This document shows positions 24,732-33,602 of a DNA stretch of 64,000 nucleotides, piece by piece (position 1 is the stretch's first letter; the number at the start of each line of letters is the position of its first letter). The stretch comes from a virus, in IMG/VR virus record IMGVR_UViG_3300042465_006773; one strand, written 5' to 3'. The notes under the pieces are model-generated. The model saw only the letters and a program-made list of their open reading frames with translations. It was not told the origin of the DNA and ran no database searches. A program made the translations under genes and the position numbers.

Positions 24732-25934
24732 ATGAGCAACAAATCAATTTTAGAACAAGCGTTACTTCAAGTACAAACACTTGAAGAAGCAGTAAAAGCG
24801 AACGCAAAAGGTATACTGGCTTCTACAATGAAACAGGAACTGAACGATTTGCTAAAAGAATCATTGGAAGAAGAGAAAGAGGTTGACGAACAACCCGATT
24901 CTGAAGAGGATACAGATGATGTACCAGTAAAAACTGGCGATGAAGAAAATCCAGATAATGAAGATGATGAACCATCAAAAGATATCGATTCATTAGATAC
25001 CGATGATGACATGGCCCCAACAATGGACGACATGGACACCGATGATGACATGGCTCCAACAATGGACGACATGGACACCGATGATGATGTATTAGATATG
25101 ACCGGCGCAGATGAAGACGAAATTTTAAAAGTTTTCAAAGCAATGGGTCCTAATGATGGTGTAATTGTCAAAAAAGATGATAATCATATTGAGTTATCTG
25201 ACGGTGATGATGAGTATATCATTCAATTAGATGAAGACGAAATGATGTCTGATGAAATGCCGGTCGATGAAGACGAAATGATGTCTGATGAAATGCCGGT
25301 CGATGAAGACGAAATGATGTCTGATGAAATGCCGGTCGATGAAGACGAAATGATGTCCGATGAAACTGTTTACGAAATTGAACTTGATGATGTAGATGAG
25401 GGTGACATGTCACCTGAAGACGCAATGGAGGGAGATGTAGAACCAGTTGAGGGTGATGTCGATGAATCCGCTCGTACAATGGGTTATGGTTACCATGGGG
25501 GTTTAAAATCAAAAAACGTGTACAAGGCTGGTAACAAAAGAGACGAAATTAACGAAGAGGTTAGTAAACTAAAAAAACAAAACGATGAATATAAAAAGGC
25601 GTTAGTCTTATTCAAAGATAAGTTAAATGAAGTTGCTGTCTTTAACGCTAATTTGGCCTATGCAACTCGTTTATTTACCGAGCATTCAACAACAAAACAA
25701 GAAAAATTAAATATCTTAAAAAGATTCGATTCAATCTCAACCTTGAAAGAGTCTAAGAACTTATACAGTTCAATAAAAACCGAGTTGGAAACAAAAAAAC
25801 CAGTAACCGAATCGGTGGTTGAAAAAATAAATCACGCACCAACATCTTCTTCTACGAATGTATTGTCCGAGTCTAAGGCTTATGAAAATCCACAATTCAA
25901 AAGAATGAAAGATTTGATGCAAAAATTAAAATAA
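24732..25934 (+). CDS. Prohead scaffolding/core protein (gp22-like position)
   Basis: Highly acidic with a coiled-coil C-terminus; lies between protease and major capsid protein. Confidence 0.8.
   Translation: MSNKSILEQALLQVQTLEEAVKANAKGILASTMKQELNDLLKESLEEEKEVDEQPDSEEDTDDVPVKTGDEENPDNEDDEPSKDIDSLDTDDDMAPTMDDMDTDDDMAPTMDDMDTDDDVLDMTGADEDEILKVFKAMGPNDGVIVKKDDNHIELSDGDDEYIIQLDEDEMMSDEMPVDEDEMMSDEMPVDEDEMMSDEMPVDEDEMMSDETVYEIELDDVDEGDMSPEDAMEGDVEPVEGDVDESARTMGYGYHGGLKSKNVYKAGNKRDEINEEVSKLKKQNDEYKKALVLFKDKLNEVAVFNANLAYATRLFTEHSTTKQEKLNILKRFDSISTLKESKNLYSSIKTELETKKPVTESVVEKINHAPTSSSTNVLSESKAYENPQFKRMKDLMQKLK
24999..25088 (+). repeat. 39-bp tandem repeat (TDDDMAPTMDDMD, about 2.3 copies)
   Basis: Seen directly. 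Confidence 0.9.
25230..25364 (+). repeat. 36-bp tandem repeat (DEDEMMSDEMPV, about 3.7 copies)
   Basis: Exact DNA repeats seen directly. Confidence 0.92.
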
Positions 25935-25967
25935 ACAATAAACTTAAAAAATAAAAAATCTAAAAAA

Positions 25968-27713
25968 ATGGGAGCATTATTAGAATCAGGTATGGTTGGT
26001 AACATTGGATTAAAACACCTCCGTGTTATCAAAGAAGATACCATTAAAAAATGGGATGAGTTAGGATTCCTTGAGGGTCTTGGCGGTCATCAAAAAGATA
26101 ATATCGCGCAATTATATGAAAACCAAGCGTCATATTTGATAAACGAAGCGGCTGTTGCTGATGCATCAGGTTCATTTGAAACTGTTGTATTCCCAATCAT
26201 CAGACGTGTATTCTCCAAATTGTTGGCGAATGACATCGTATCTGTACAAGCGATGAACCTACCTATCGGTAAATTGTTCTACTTTGTACCTAAAATTCAA
26301 GAAAGACAATCTAACGCAACAGGTGACCACTATCAACCATATGGTTTCCCAAGTTCGTTGACTGACCCTAACACTGGTTATACTGGTATCAACTTGTACG
26401 ACCGCTTTTACGAGACTTCTGAAACCGATGCAGTTACTTCAGGTTTGTTTGATTACTCTAAAGGTTCGTATGCGGCGGTCACCGCTAACCCACATGCGTT
26501 TGTGACTTTCTCAAATGGAACTGCAAGTACATCAGCAGCCGCTTTATCTGGTGCTAGTGTATCAAGTTTCATCATTGCCGTTTCGGGTTTCACAACTTAT
26601 GAAGGTGGTGGAAAATTAGCAGGACCTAACGGTCATCCAATGGATACTGAAGAGTTCTTGGCTTCTTTAACTGTAACAATTGCTGGTAACACTACCACAA
26701 ACAATGGTGCTAAAAATTTCAACGTGGTAACACAGAAATATGGTAAAGGTATCGTAGAATACGGAAGTAAAGGTACAGGTAGAACCGGTAAGTATTTTAA
26801 CGTTTGTGATGCTGAAGGTGTTATTTACTTAAACGTAGATGTTGAAACATACACTAATACTTCAGGGTACACCGGTGCTGATTTCTCTTCTAACGACTTG
26901 GCACTTGCAAATATTACTGTTGCGTGGAGAGAGTACAACTCATTAGAATTTGAGGAAGAAATCGGTGAAGTTTCTTTCGACCTTGAATCAGTAACAGTTT
27001 CTGTGACTGAAAGAAAGTTGAGAGCTAGCTGGTCTCCTGAATTAGCACAAGACGTAAGTGCATTCCACAACATCGACGCTGAGGCTGAATTAACAGCTTT
27101 ATTGTCCGAACAAATCGCGGCAGAAATTGACCGTGAAATTCTTCGTGATATTCGTAAAGGTGCCGCTTGGACCACCAAGTGGGACTACAACGAATGGAAA
27201 TATGGGGCTACAGGTAACGCACCTTTCCAAGGTTACACCCAAAAAGACTGGAACCAAACATTGGTTACCAAGATTAACCAAATCTCGGCTCAAATCCACA
27301 AAACTACCTTAAGAGGTGGGGCTAACTGGATTGTTGTATCTTCTGAAGTATCAGCAGTATTTGATGACTTGGAGTACTTCCACGTTTCAAACGCGGCTCC
27401 TGAGCAAGACCAATACAACATGGGTATTGAGAAAATCGGTTCATTGGCAGGTCGTTACCAAGTTTACCGTGACCCATACTTACCAGCCGGTAAGATTATC
27501 ATCGGTCACAAAGGTAAATCATTGTTGGACGCTGGTTACATTTACGCACCATACGTTCCACTACAATTGACACCTACAATGTATAACCCATTCAACTTTA
27601 CACCGATTAAGGGTATCATGACAAGATACGCGAAGAAAATGGTTAACAACCGTTACTTTGGTGTAATCAACGTTAATGGATTGACTACATTTAGTCTTGA
27701 CACCTTAAGATAA
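25968..27713 (+). CDS. Major capsid protein (T4 gp23-like)
   Basis: VQAMNLPIG, RKLRASWSPELAQD, HNIDAEAEL, EIDREI, YAPYVPL, GIMTRY. Confidence 0.97.
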   Translation: MGALLESGMVGNIGLKHLRVIKEDTIKKWDELGFLEGLGGHQKDNIAQLYENQASYLINEAAVADASGSFETVVFPIIRRVFSKLLANDIVSVQAMNLPIGKLFYFVPKIQERQSNATGDHYQPYGFPSSLTDPNTGYTGINLYDRFYETSETDAVTSGLFDYSKGSYAAVTANPHAFVTFSNGTASTSAAALSGASVSSFIIAVSGFTTYEGGGKLAGPNGHPMDTEEFLASLTVTIAGNTTTNNGAKNFNVVTQKYGKGIVEYGSKGTGRTGKYFNVCDAEGVIYLNVDVETYTNTSGYTGADFSSNDLALANITVAWREYNSLEFEEEIGEVSFDLESVTVSVTERKLRASWSPELAQDVSAFHNIDAEAELTALLSEQIAAEIDREILRDIRKGAAWTTKWDYNEWKYGATGNAPFQGYTQKDWNQTLVTKINQISAQIHKTTLRGGANWIVVSSEVSAVFDDLEYFHVSNAAPEQDQYNMGIEKIGSLAGRYQVYRDPYLPAGKIIIGHKGKSLLDAGYIYAPYVPLQLTPTMYNPFNFTPIKGIMTRYAKKMVNNRYFGVINVNGLTTFSLDTLR

Positions 27714-27733
27714 TCATAAATTATCTTATGTTT

Positions 27734-27760
27734 AAAAGGGGGACATTGTCCCCCTTTTTT
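27734..27760 (+). terminator. Intrinsic terminator after the major capsid gene
   Basis: AAAAGGGGGAC-ATT-GTCCCCCTTTT; a second AT-rich hairpin overlaps the stop codon (27706-27728). Confidence 0.88.
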
Positions 27761-27789
27761 ATTGCACCATTCTTTTGTATATTTGTAAT

Positions 27790-27978
27790 ATGGAATCTGA
27801 AAAAATAAAACAAATAACTTACGAGAAATCAAAAAACGGTTATACCGTGGGTATTGATATTAGAGATGAAAAAAACTTAAGTGAAATTGGTAAATTAATT
27901 GTTAAAGGTGACGCCATTAGATTGAATTATTATTGTGATGATAGAATCCATTTTACGTCTAAAGAAAAATTAAAATGA
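27790..27978 (+). CDS. Small hypothetical protein
   Basis: ATG at 27790 just after the TATATTTG promoter (27778-27785); overlaps the start of the deaminase. Confidence 0.55.
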   Translation: MESEKIKQITYEKSKNGYTVGIDIRDEKNLSEIGKLIVKGDAIRLNYYCDDRIHFTSKEKLK

Positions 27979-28424
27979 ATTGGACAGATTATTTTTTAAA
28001 TATTGCTGAAGCAATTAAATTAAAGTCTAAAGATAAATCGACCCAAATTGGTGCTGTTATCGTTGGAAAAGATAATGAAATACTCTCTACGGGTTATAAT
28101 TCTTTCCCAAGAGGTTTAGATGATTCAATTGAAGAGAGACAGGAAAGACCTGAGAAATATTTTTGGTTTGAACATGCAGAAAGGAATGCAATTTTTAATG
28201 CCGCAAGAATTGGTGTTTCTCTAAAAAATTCAACGATTTACATCACTTCAGGTATACCGTGTATGGATTGTGCTCGTGGAATTGTAAATTCAGGTATTAA
28301 GACAGTGTGGTGTAAATATACCTGCACAACAAAAAATAAAGAAAAGTGGGAAGAATCCCAAAAAAGAAGTCTACAATTATTTGATGAGTGTGGTATTCAG
28401 GTGTTTTTTTACTCTGACCACTAA
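27975..28424 (+). CDS. dCMP deaminase
   Basis: TGYNSFP, HAERNAI, PCMDC. Confidence 0.93.
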   Translation: MNWTDYFLNIAEAIKLKSKDKSTQIGAVIVGKDNEILSTGYNSFPRGLDDSIEERQERPEKYFWFEHAERNAIFNAARIGVSLKNSTIYITSGIPCMDCARGIVNSGIKTVWCKYTCTTKNKEKWEESQKRSLQLFDECGIQVFFYSDH

Positions 28425-28670
28425 ATCCCCCGTTCCTTTAATTATTCGATGATACAGACCTTCTGGTATGTAAATTGGGGTATTTTTTTTAATCCTTGTT
28501 GGTAGTTCATTATCAATTTGAAACATCCAATCGGTGTCATGTTCACAAATAACTGTTCGGTCTTCCTCATCAAAATGCCATTTAAGTTCAGTATCTAGTG
28601 TGTTTGAACTAAATGTTCTAATGTAGAATCCTTCTTTTAAATTTTCAGTAAAGGGTAATTTATCTACCAC
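28377..28670 (-). CDS. Small cupin-like protein
   Basis: WHFDEED and IYIPEGLYHRIIKG. Confidence 0.7.
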   Translation of the reverse strand: MVDKLPFTENLKEGFYIRTFSSNTLDTELKWHFDEEDRTVICEHDTDWMFQIDNELPTRIKKNTPIYIPEGLYHRIIKGTGDLVVRVKKHLNTTLIK

Positions 28671-29647
28671 GGACTTGAAGATTTTATTCCAAGTGCTTTC
28701 CTATATCTTGAAATATTACAACTCCAATACCCCGCTGTTGTCCTATCTTTCTTCTGGTCACACTTGTGACGAGCCCTGAACGACTTTGCGGCTTTTGGGT
28801 TATTATTCCTAACTCTCAAATTAGGGTCTCCAAAAGTGACCTTAACAACGTTACCGCTACTATTTTTTACATATACAGCAAATTTCTTTGGGCCACCTGG
28901 TGTTCTGAATGGTTTATTGAGTTTAACGTTTTTACCTCTGTGTTTTGCTTCAACAAGATATTCTTCTTCGTCCAAAATAAATGGAATATCTAAAAATACT
29001 TCTTCCCCTTCGTAAATTCCTGTTTCACCTATGTTTGTTTTTATCAATTCCAAATCATCACCATCAAGTAACAAAACACCTTCATTATATAATCTTCTTG
29101 ATTCATTAAATAAATTAAAGAATTTTTCCGAATATATTCTATAAACATTTTCAATCAGTGGTTTCTGATTATTTATATGATAAGATAAACCCTCACTTAA
29201 TAAGTGATTTTTTGATTCAACTAATGTAAGTAGTCTAGGTGGTAAATAAGTTTCAACTATTTCTTCAACATTTAAATTTATAAAATTTACATTTTCATCA
29301 AATCTTGTGAAAGTAGGTTTATTTCCTTTACCTATTTTAGGTTCTTTTTTTTCCGCGTTTCTTTTTTGTGTCACCATAGATTTTTTTTCTTCTTTTGAAT
29401 AAGAACCAGCGGTTTTTGGGGTATCTTTAGATACTTTTTTTTGTGGTCTACATTTAGGGTAACCTTTTCTATCTTTATCACCATCAGCGTCTTTTCTTCC
29501 ACATGGTGGGTGTTTACCATCTACTTTACGACTCACATCAACCCATTTTTCTTTAAACCAACGTCTAAGGTCTTCTCTTAAAACTTCACCACTTTCAAGA
29601 CATTCTTGAATGTATTTTTTATCTTCTTTATTTACAAGTATTTTCAT
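28664..29647 (-). CDS. Basic two-domain hypothetical protein (likely internal head protein)
   Basis: WFKEKWVDV...PCGR...YPKCRP domain and KKFAVYV...FGDP...FRARHKC...AGYWSC domain; LRE/LVE/LSE sites. Confidence 0.7.
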   Translation of the reverse strand: MKILVNKEDKKYIQECLESGEVLREDLRRWFKEKWVDVSRKVDGKHPPCGRKDADGDKDRKGYPKCRPQKKVSKDTPKTAGSYSKEEKKSMVTQKRNAEKKEPKIGKGNKPTFTRFDENVNFINLNVEEIVETYLPPRLLTLVESKNHLLSEGLSYHINNQKPLIENVYRIYSEKFFNLFNESRRLYNEGVLLLDGDDLELIKTNIGETGIYEGEEVFLDIPFILDEEEYLVEAKHRGKNVKLNKPFRTPGGPKKFAVYVKNSSGNVVKVTFGDPNLRVRNNNPKAAKSFRARHKCDQKKDRTTAGYWSCNISRYRKALGIKSSSPW

Positions 29648-29654
29648 ATTAAGA

Positions 29655-30410
29655 TTAATTAATATAACAATTTAATTCATATTTTTCACCCATACCATAT
29701 ACTTGAATATGTAACGCTTTTTTTTGTTCTTTATCATCTTTTTTTAGTGTTATGGTGAATCTATTTGTCTTTCCCTCTGATGGTTTTTTTGGGCCTGACC
29801 CAATTTTTTCTGCGGTTTCTTCTTTATCATATGTGTACCCTTTTTTCTCAGCATAATCAAGTGCTGCATTTATTGCGGATGTGTAACTCTTGTGATAGAT
29901 TTCATATGATTTATCGTTTTTTCCCTCATTTATCTCTTCGTTTGTTGCTTTTCTCCATTTACCACCTTTTTGTTTGTATCTTTTTGCGGCTGCACCATTA
30001 CAATACGCACTTGGACAAACATCATATCTTGCTTTGGCCCACGCCAAAGCCGCAGCCCATAACTTAGGATTAGTTGGTTTGTTTTTTCCCTCATCAATAG
30101 ATTTTTCTTCATTCATACTAAATTGACTGAGGTCCGCCCTTACTTTATTTGAAGGTTCAATTTGATTCATTAAAAAATCGAAAACTTGGTCTAAAAGACT
30201 TTTCGCCTCCGCAATGTGGTCTTGAGCCCAATCGTGTTGTTTCATTATTGAATCAATTGTATTTTTATTTTGTTTCATTAACATATTACATTGTCTTCCC
30301 ATTTGTTCAATGTTGTCAAAAAACATATAGTTTTCGGGTCTATTCTCTAATTCTGGTTGTTCAGAAATTACCCTTAAATGTTTTCTTATTATTTTATCTA
30401 AATTTTTCAT
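29655..30410 (-). CDS. Modular hypothetical protein (likely internal head protein)
   Basis: Modules separated by MNEE, IDEGKN and INEGKN; KPTNPKLW...PSAY...YKQKGGKW module. Confidence 0.7.
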   Translation of the reverse strand: MKNLDKIIRKHLRVISEQPELENRPENYMFFDNIEQMGRQCNMLMKQNKNTIDSIMKQHDWAQDHIAEAKSLLDQVFDFLMNQIEPSNKVRADLSQFSMNEEKSIDEGKNKPTNPKLWAAALAWAKARYDVCPSAYCNGAAAKRYKQKGGKWRKATNEEINEGKNDKSYEIYHKSYTSAINAALDYAEKKGYTYDKEETAEKIGSGPKKPSEGKTNRFTITLKKDDKEQKKALHIQVYGMGEKYELNCYIN

Positions 30411-30424
30411 ATATTATAAATATT

Positions 30425-31798
30425 TTATCTTTCTGACAAGATTTCAAACTTGACGTAATTATTGTAAAAAACTTCTTCTGTATATGTTTTTGATTTGAAT
30501 TCCATGTAATATTCTCTTGGAATTAAGTATGATGTATCTAAGTAGAAAGAATTTTCATTTGTAACATCTGTTTTTGTCCAATCAAAAACAACAACATTTG
30601 TTTTTCCTTCTTTTATAAAAATACGATAATACACATCATCAAATAAAACCGTTTTTTGTTGTTCAATTGACTTTAGTTCAATTAGTATTTTCTTTAATTC
30701 TCCTCTAATTATTTTTTCATTTTGTTTTATACCTGAAAATTGTACGATATAATTTTGCGTTTCTTTTGGATTTTCACCAAAACTATATCCAGAAGAAAAA
30801 GATTTTGGTACAAATTTTTGAGTGACATCACTAATTGATACACCATCAATTGATAAATTTTTCCACTTGTCATAATAAAATCTTTTACCATCACAAAGTT
30901 GACCTAATAAACCAAAACTAACTTTATACACACCCTTTCTAATTTTTGTTGTTGTTAACCCTGTAACACCAGTAATTGGTGTTAAACTTGAATTTAACAC
31001 GTCGACAGTTGGGGTGTTATCTAAATCATAAAAATTCGTACCTTTTGTCACATAGAGGTAAAGGTTATTTACTTTGTCCCCAATAAAATTTTGTCTATTA
31101 TCAAATATTCTATCTTCAAATACGGTTTCTACAAATGGTTCAAAAAAAGTTTGAGTGTATTTTGAAAAAAAAGAAACAGATTGTTCAGTAGAATCTGTAA
31201 TCTCTTCATATTCACTATCAAATTTTATCCCTAATCCATAATTGGTATTACCCGATACAACAATTCCATTTACATAACTTGTGATGTCTAAATTGATGTT
31301 TTCGTTACCATTGTCAAAATGAATAGTATCAATTATGGTTGCACCGGTAGAATATACTCCTTGAGTTGTCCATCCACTTATTGTTGTTTTGTTAAACCAA
31401 TTGGATGGTCTTGTATCATATATTTTATCACCAAAATCATCGGTATATTCCACAAATTCGTAATCATAACCAACACCCTCATCCCATGATTCATTTAATT
31501 TAAAAACAACCAAATCAAAAGAGGTTGCTCTTTCTCGTCCATTTGATTTATCATTACCAATTAATTTGGGGTCACCAATGACAGTATTTGTCATTTTTAA
31601 ATAGTGTTTAGTGTTGTTATCTATAACTAAATCACCATTATTAACTTTAGATGTTAATCCACTAAAATTAACGGTAAAAATAAATCTAGAAAACCCCTCA
31701 CCATAATAAATTTCGGTAGTTGGATTTTTGGCGGTATTGACCTCACTATTTTTAATAATAGTGTTATTTTTTGAAAAATAAGAACGATAATATGACAT
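30425..31798 (-). CDS. Putative virion structural protein
   Basis: Beta-rich, SWDEGVG motif, TATTTAT upstream. Confidence 0.6.
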   Translation of the reverse strand: MSYYRSYFSKNNTIIKNSEVNTAKNPTTEIYYGEGFSRFIFTVNFSGLTSKVNNGDLVIDNNTKHYLKMTNTVIGDPKLIGNDKSNGRERATSFDLVVFKLNESWDEGVGYDYEFVEYTDDFGDKIYDTRPSNWFNKTTISGWTTQGVYSTGATIIDTIHFDNGNENINLDITSYVNGIVVSGNTNYGLGIKFDSEYEEITDSTEQSVSFFSKYTQTFFEPFVETVFEDRIFDNRQNFIGDKVNNLYLYVTKGTNFYDLDNTPTVDVLNSSLTPITGVTGLTTTKIRKGVYKVSFGLLGQLCDGKRFYYDKWKNLSIDGVSISDVTQKFVPKSFSSGYSFGENPKETQNYIVQFSGIKQNEKIIRGELKKILIELKSIEQQKTVLFDDVYYRIFIKEGKTNVVVFDWTKTDVTNENSFYLDTSYLIPREYYMEFKSKTYTEEVFYNNYVKFEILSER

Positions 31799-31823
31799 CA
31801 GTTTTTATATAATAAATATCAAT

Positions 31824-33404
31824 TTAGTTGATTTTAATTGAGGTATTTACCAACTCTTGTCTTAATCTATTATATAATCTTTCCAACTCAGTGTGAGCGT
31901 CGTAATCAGATTTAACGTATGGCTTATTAATGTTGTGTACGTGGGTGGTTAATACATTGTACACCGCATCTATAAAACTTAATAATATTTCACCTCGAAC
32001 TAAAGAATAGGTATTTGGGTCTATTTTTTGAACATAATCGTCTTGATTATATTCGTAACTATCTAAGCTCGAAAAATCAATTGTTTTATCAGTAAAATTT
32101 GTGTCCGTTGATAAAAGATATATTTTATCTGCGGTCATATTTCCAAATGTCTGTTCTTTTACTTTTGTATCAATTTTTAAAACCTGTGTTTTTTTCTGTA
32201 TTGTTTTTTGTGGTGGATTAATTGAATCTTGACTAAAAACGATACTTGAACCAGCTGATGTTTTTGACGTTAATTGAATTTTGGATAAGACATATTTTCT
32301 ATTTGCAAATTCAGTAGAAGTTGTTACTCGGTTCTTAAATTCTGATGTTGGTCTAAAGAAAAATGGATGTATCTCTAAAAATTGAACAGACTGAGTACCG
32401 TCGTTTGTTGTTATTAAGTTAGATAATAATTTATAGGGGACAATACCATCAAAACCATTTTGGTGGATTTCATTTAATTTATTTCTAACGGAATATATGA
32501 CTTCATTTAGTTTATTGTTTAACGTTAGACCACTATAACCATTAATATTGTTTAAATTAATTTGAAACGTGTATGTTACACCAGATTCAGATAACAATAC
32601 GGTTTCATTTTGTAGTATTTCAGTAAATTCTGTAAAATTATTTGAATTATATTTTGGGATATAAAAATTTGGTTTAACTTGGTAAATGTAAAAATTACAT
32701 ATAGTTGGATTGGTTAAGTCATCCAAATCGTATTCGATTATGTATTTTATTATTTTATTTTCTGTTGTTGTTTCTTCTTTTATTTCTTCTGAAAGAAATT
32801 TTTTATCTGAAAATTTTTTAAGGTGTAATCTTGCTGATTTTCTCGATACAATTGGGAAACCTCGTGAAATTAATAATTCTTCATTTTTGGTTGCTTTTAT
32901 TTTTGAAATTAGTTTACCTGCCCTTAAAACTAAACCTCCGGTTGTAAAGACAATGTCATCACCGTATTTACCTGAAACAGAGTAGTCTTTGTATTTTGAT
33001 AATGCATTTTTTGAATTTTCAGGTAACTCACCTAATTCATTTTTTATAATATCTGACTTCGCTTCAACAGATACACCATATGAAGTATCGGCAATTTGTT
33101 CATTAAAAGTTTGAGAGTTGAAATCAAATCTTGTTGTGAATGGTCCAGCAATGTATTCTTGGTTTACTGTTGTCTTTTCGGTGTCATATCTTATTATTTT
33201 TACTGTTTGTTTAATTTCTGGTATAAAATTAATATTATTCGGTAAAAATGGTATGGCTAAAAATGGGTCATCTTTACTCCATTCTGTATATTCTTTAATA
33301 TTTGATTTTGCACCAACATAATCATCATAGTCTATAACACGTATTCGACCTAAACCTTTTGGGTCATTATTATCAATACAAACACCTAAATCAACTATTT
33401 TCAT
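31824..33404 (-). CDS. Baseplate hub/spike-like protein (gp5-type OB-fold N-terminus)
   Basis: GVCIDNNDPKGLGRIRV N-terminus and HVH near the C-terminus. Confidence 0.65.
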   Translation of the reverse strand: MKIVDLGVCIDNNDPKGLGRIRVIDYDDYVGAKSNIKEYTEWSKDDPFLAIPFLPNNINFIPEIKQTVKIIRYDTEKTTVNQEYIAGPFTTRFDFNSQTFNEQIADTSYGVSVEAKSDIIKNELGELPENSKNALSKYKDYSVSGKYGDDIVFTTGGLVLRAGKLISKIKATKNEELLISRGFPIVSRKSARLHLKKFSDKKFLSEEIKEETTTENKIIKYIIEYDLDDLTNPTICNFYIYQVKPNFYIPKYNSNNFTEFTEILQNETVLLSESGVTYTFQINLNNINGYSGLTLNNKLNEVIYSVRNKLNEIHQNGFDGIVPYKLLSNLITTNDGTQSVQFLEIHPFFFRPTSEFKNRVTTSTEFANRKYVLSKIQLTSKTSAGSSIVFSQDSINPPQKTIQKKTQVLKIDTKVKEQTFGNMTADKIYLLSTDTNFTDKTIDFSSLDSYEYNQDDYVQKIDPNTYSLVRGEILLSFIDAVYNVLTTHVHNINKPYVKSDYDAHTELERLYNRLRQELVNTSIKIN

Positions 33405-33601
33405 TTAATTTTTCTATTTTCAATTTCTTCTAAAACTTTAGAATGTAAATTTTCTATTGTTTCTAATTTATGTGTTAAATTAACAATGTAGTTTTTCAAA
33501 TCTTCGTGTTGTTTAAATAAAAATTCTTCCGTTTCAAATAAATCTTTATTTGATTTGTCTTTAACATTTTCAATTACATTAACGAATTTGTCTTTTTCCA
33601 T
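33401..33601 (-). CDS. Small coiled-coil protein
   Basis: Short ORF with heptad pattern; start uncertain (33601 or 33619). Confidence 0.6.
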   Translation of the reverse strand: MEKDKFVNVIENVKDKSNKDLFETEEFLFKQHEDLKNYIVNLTHKLETIENLHSKVLEEIENRKIK

Positions 33602-33602
33602 T

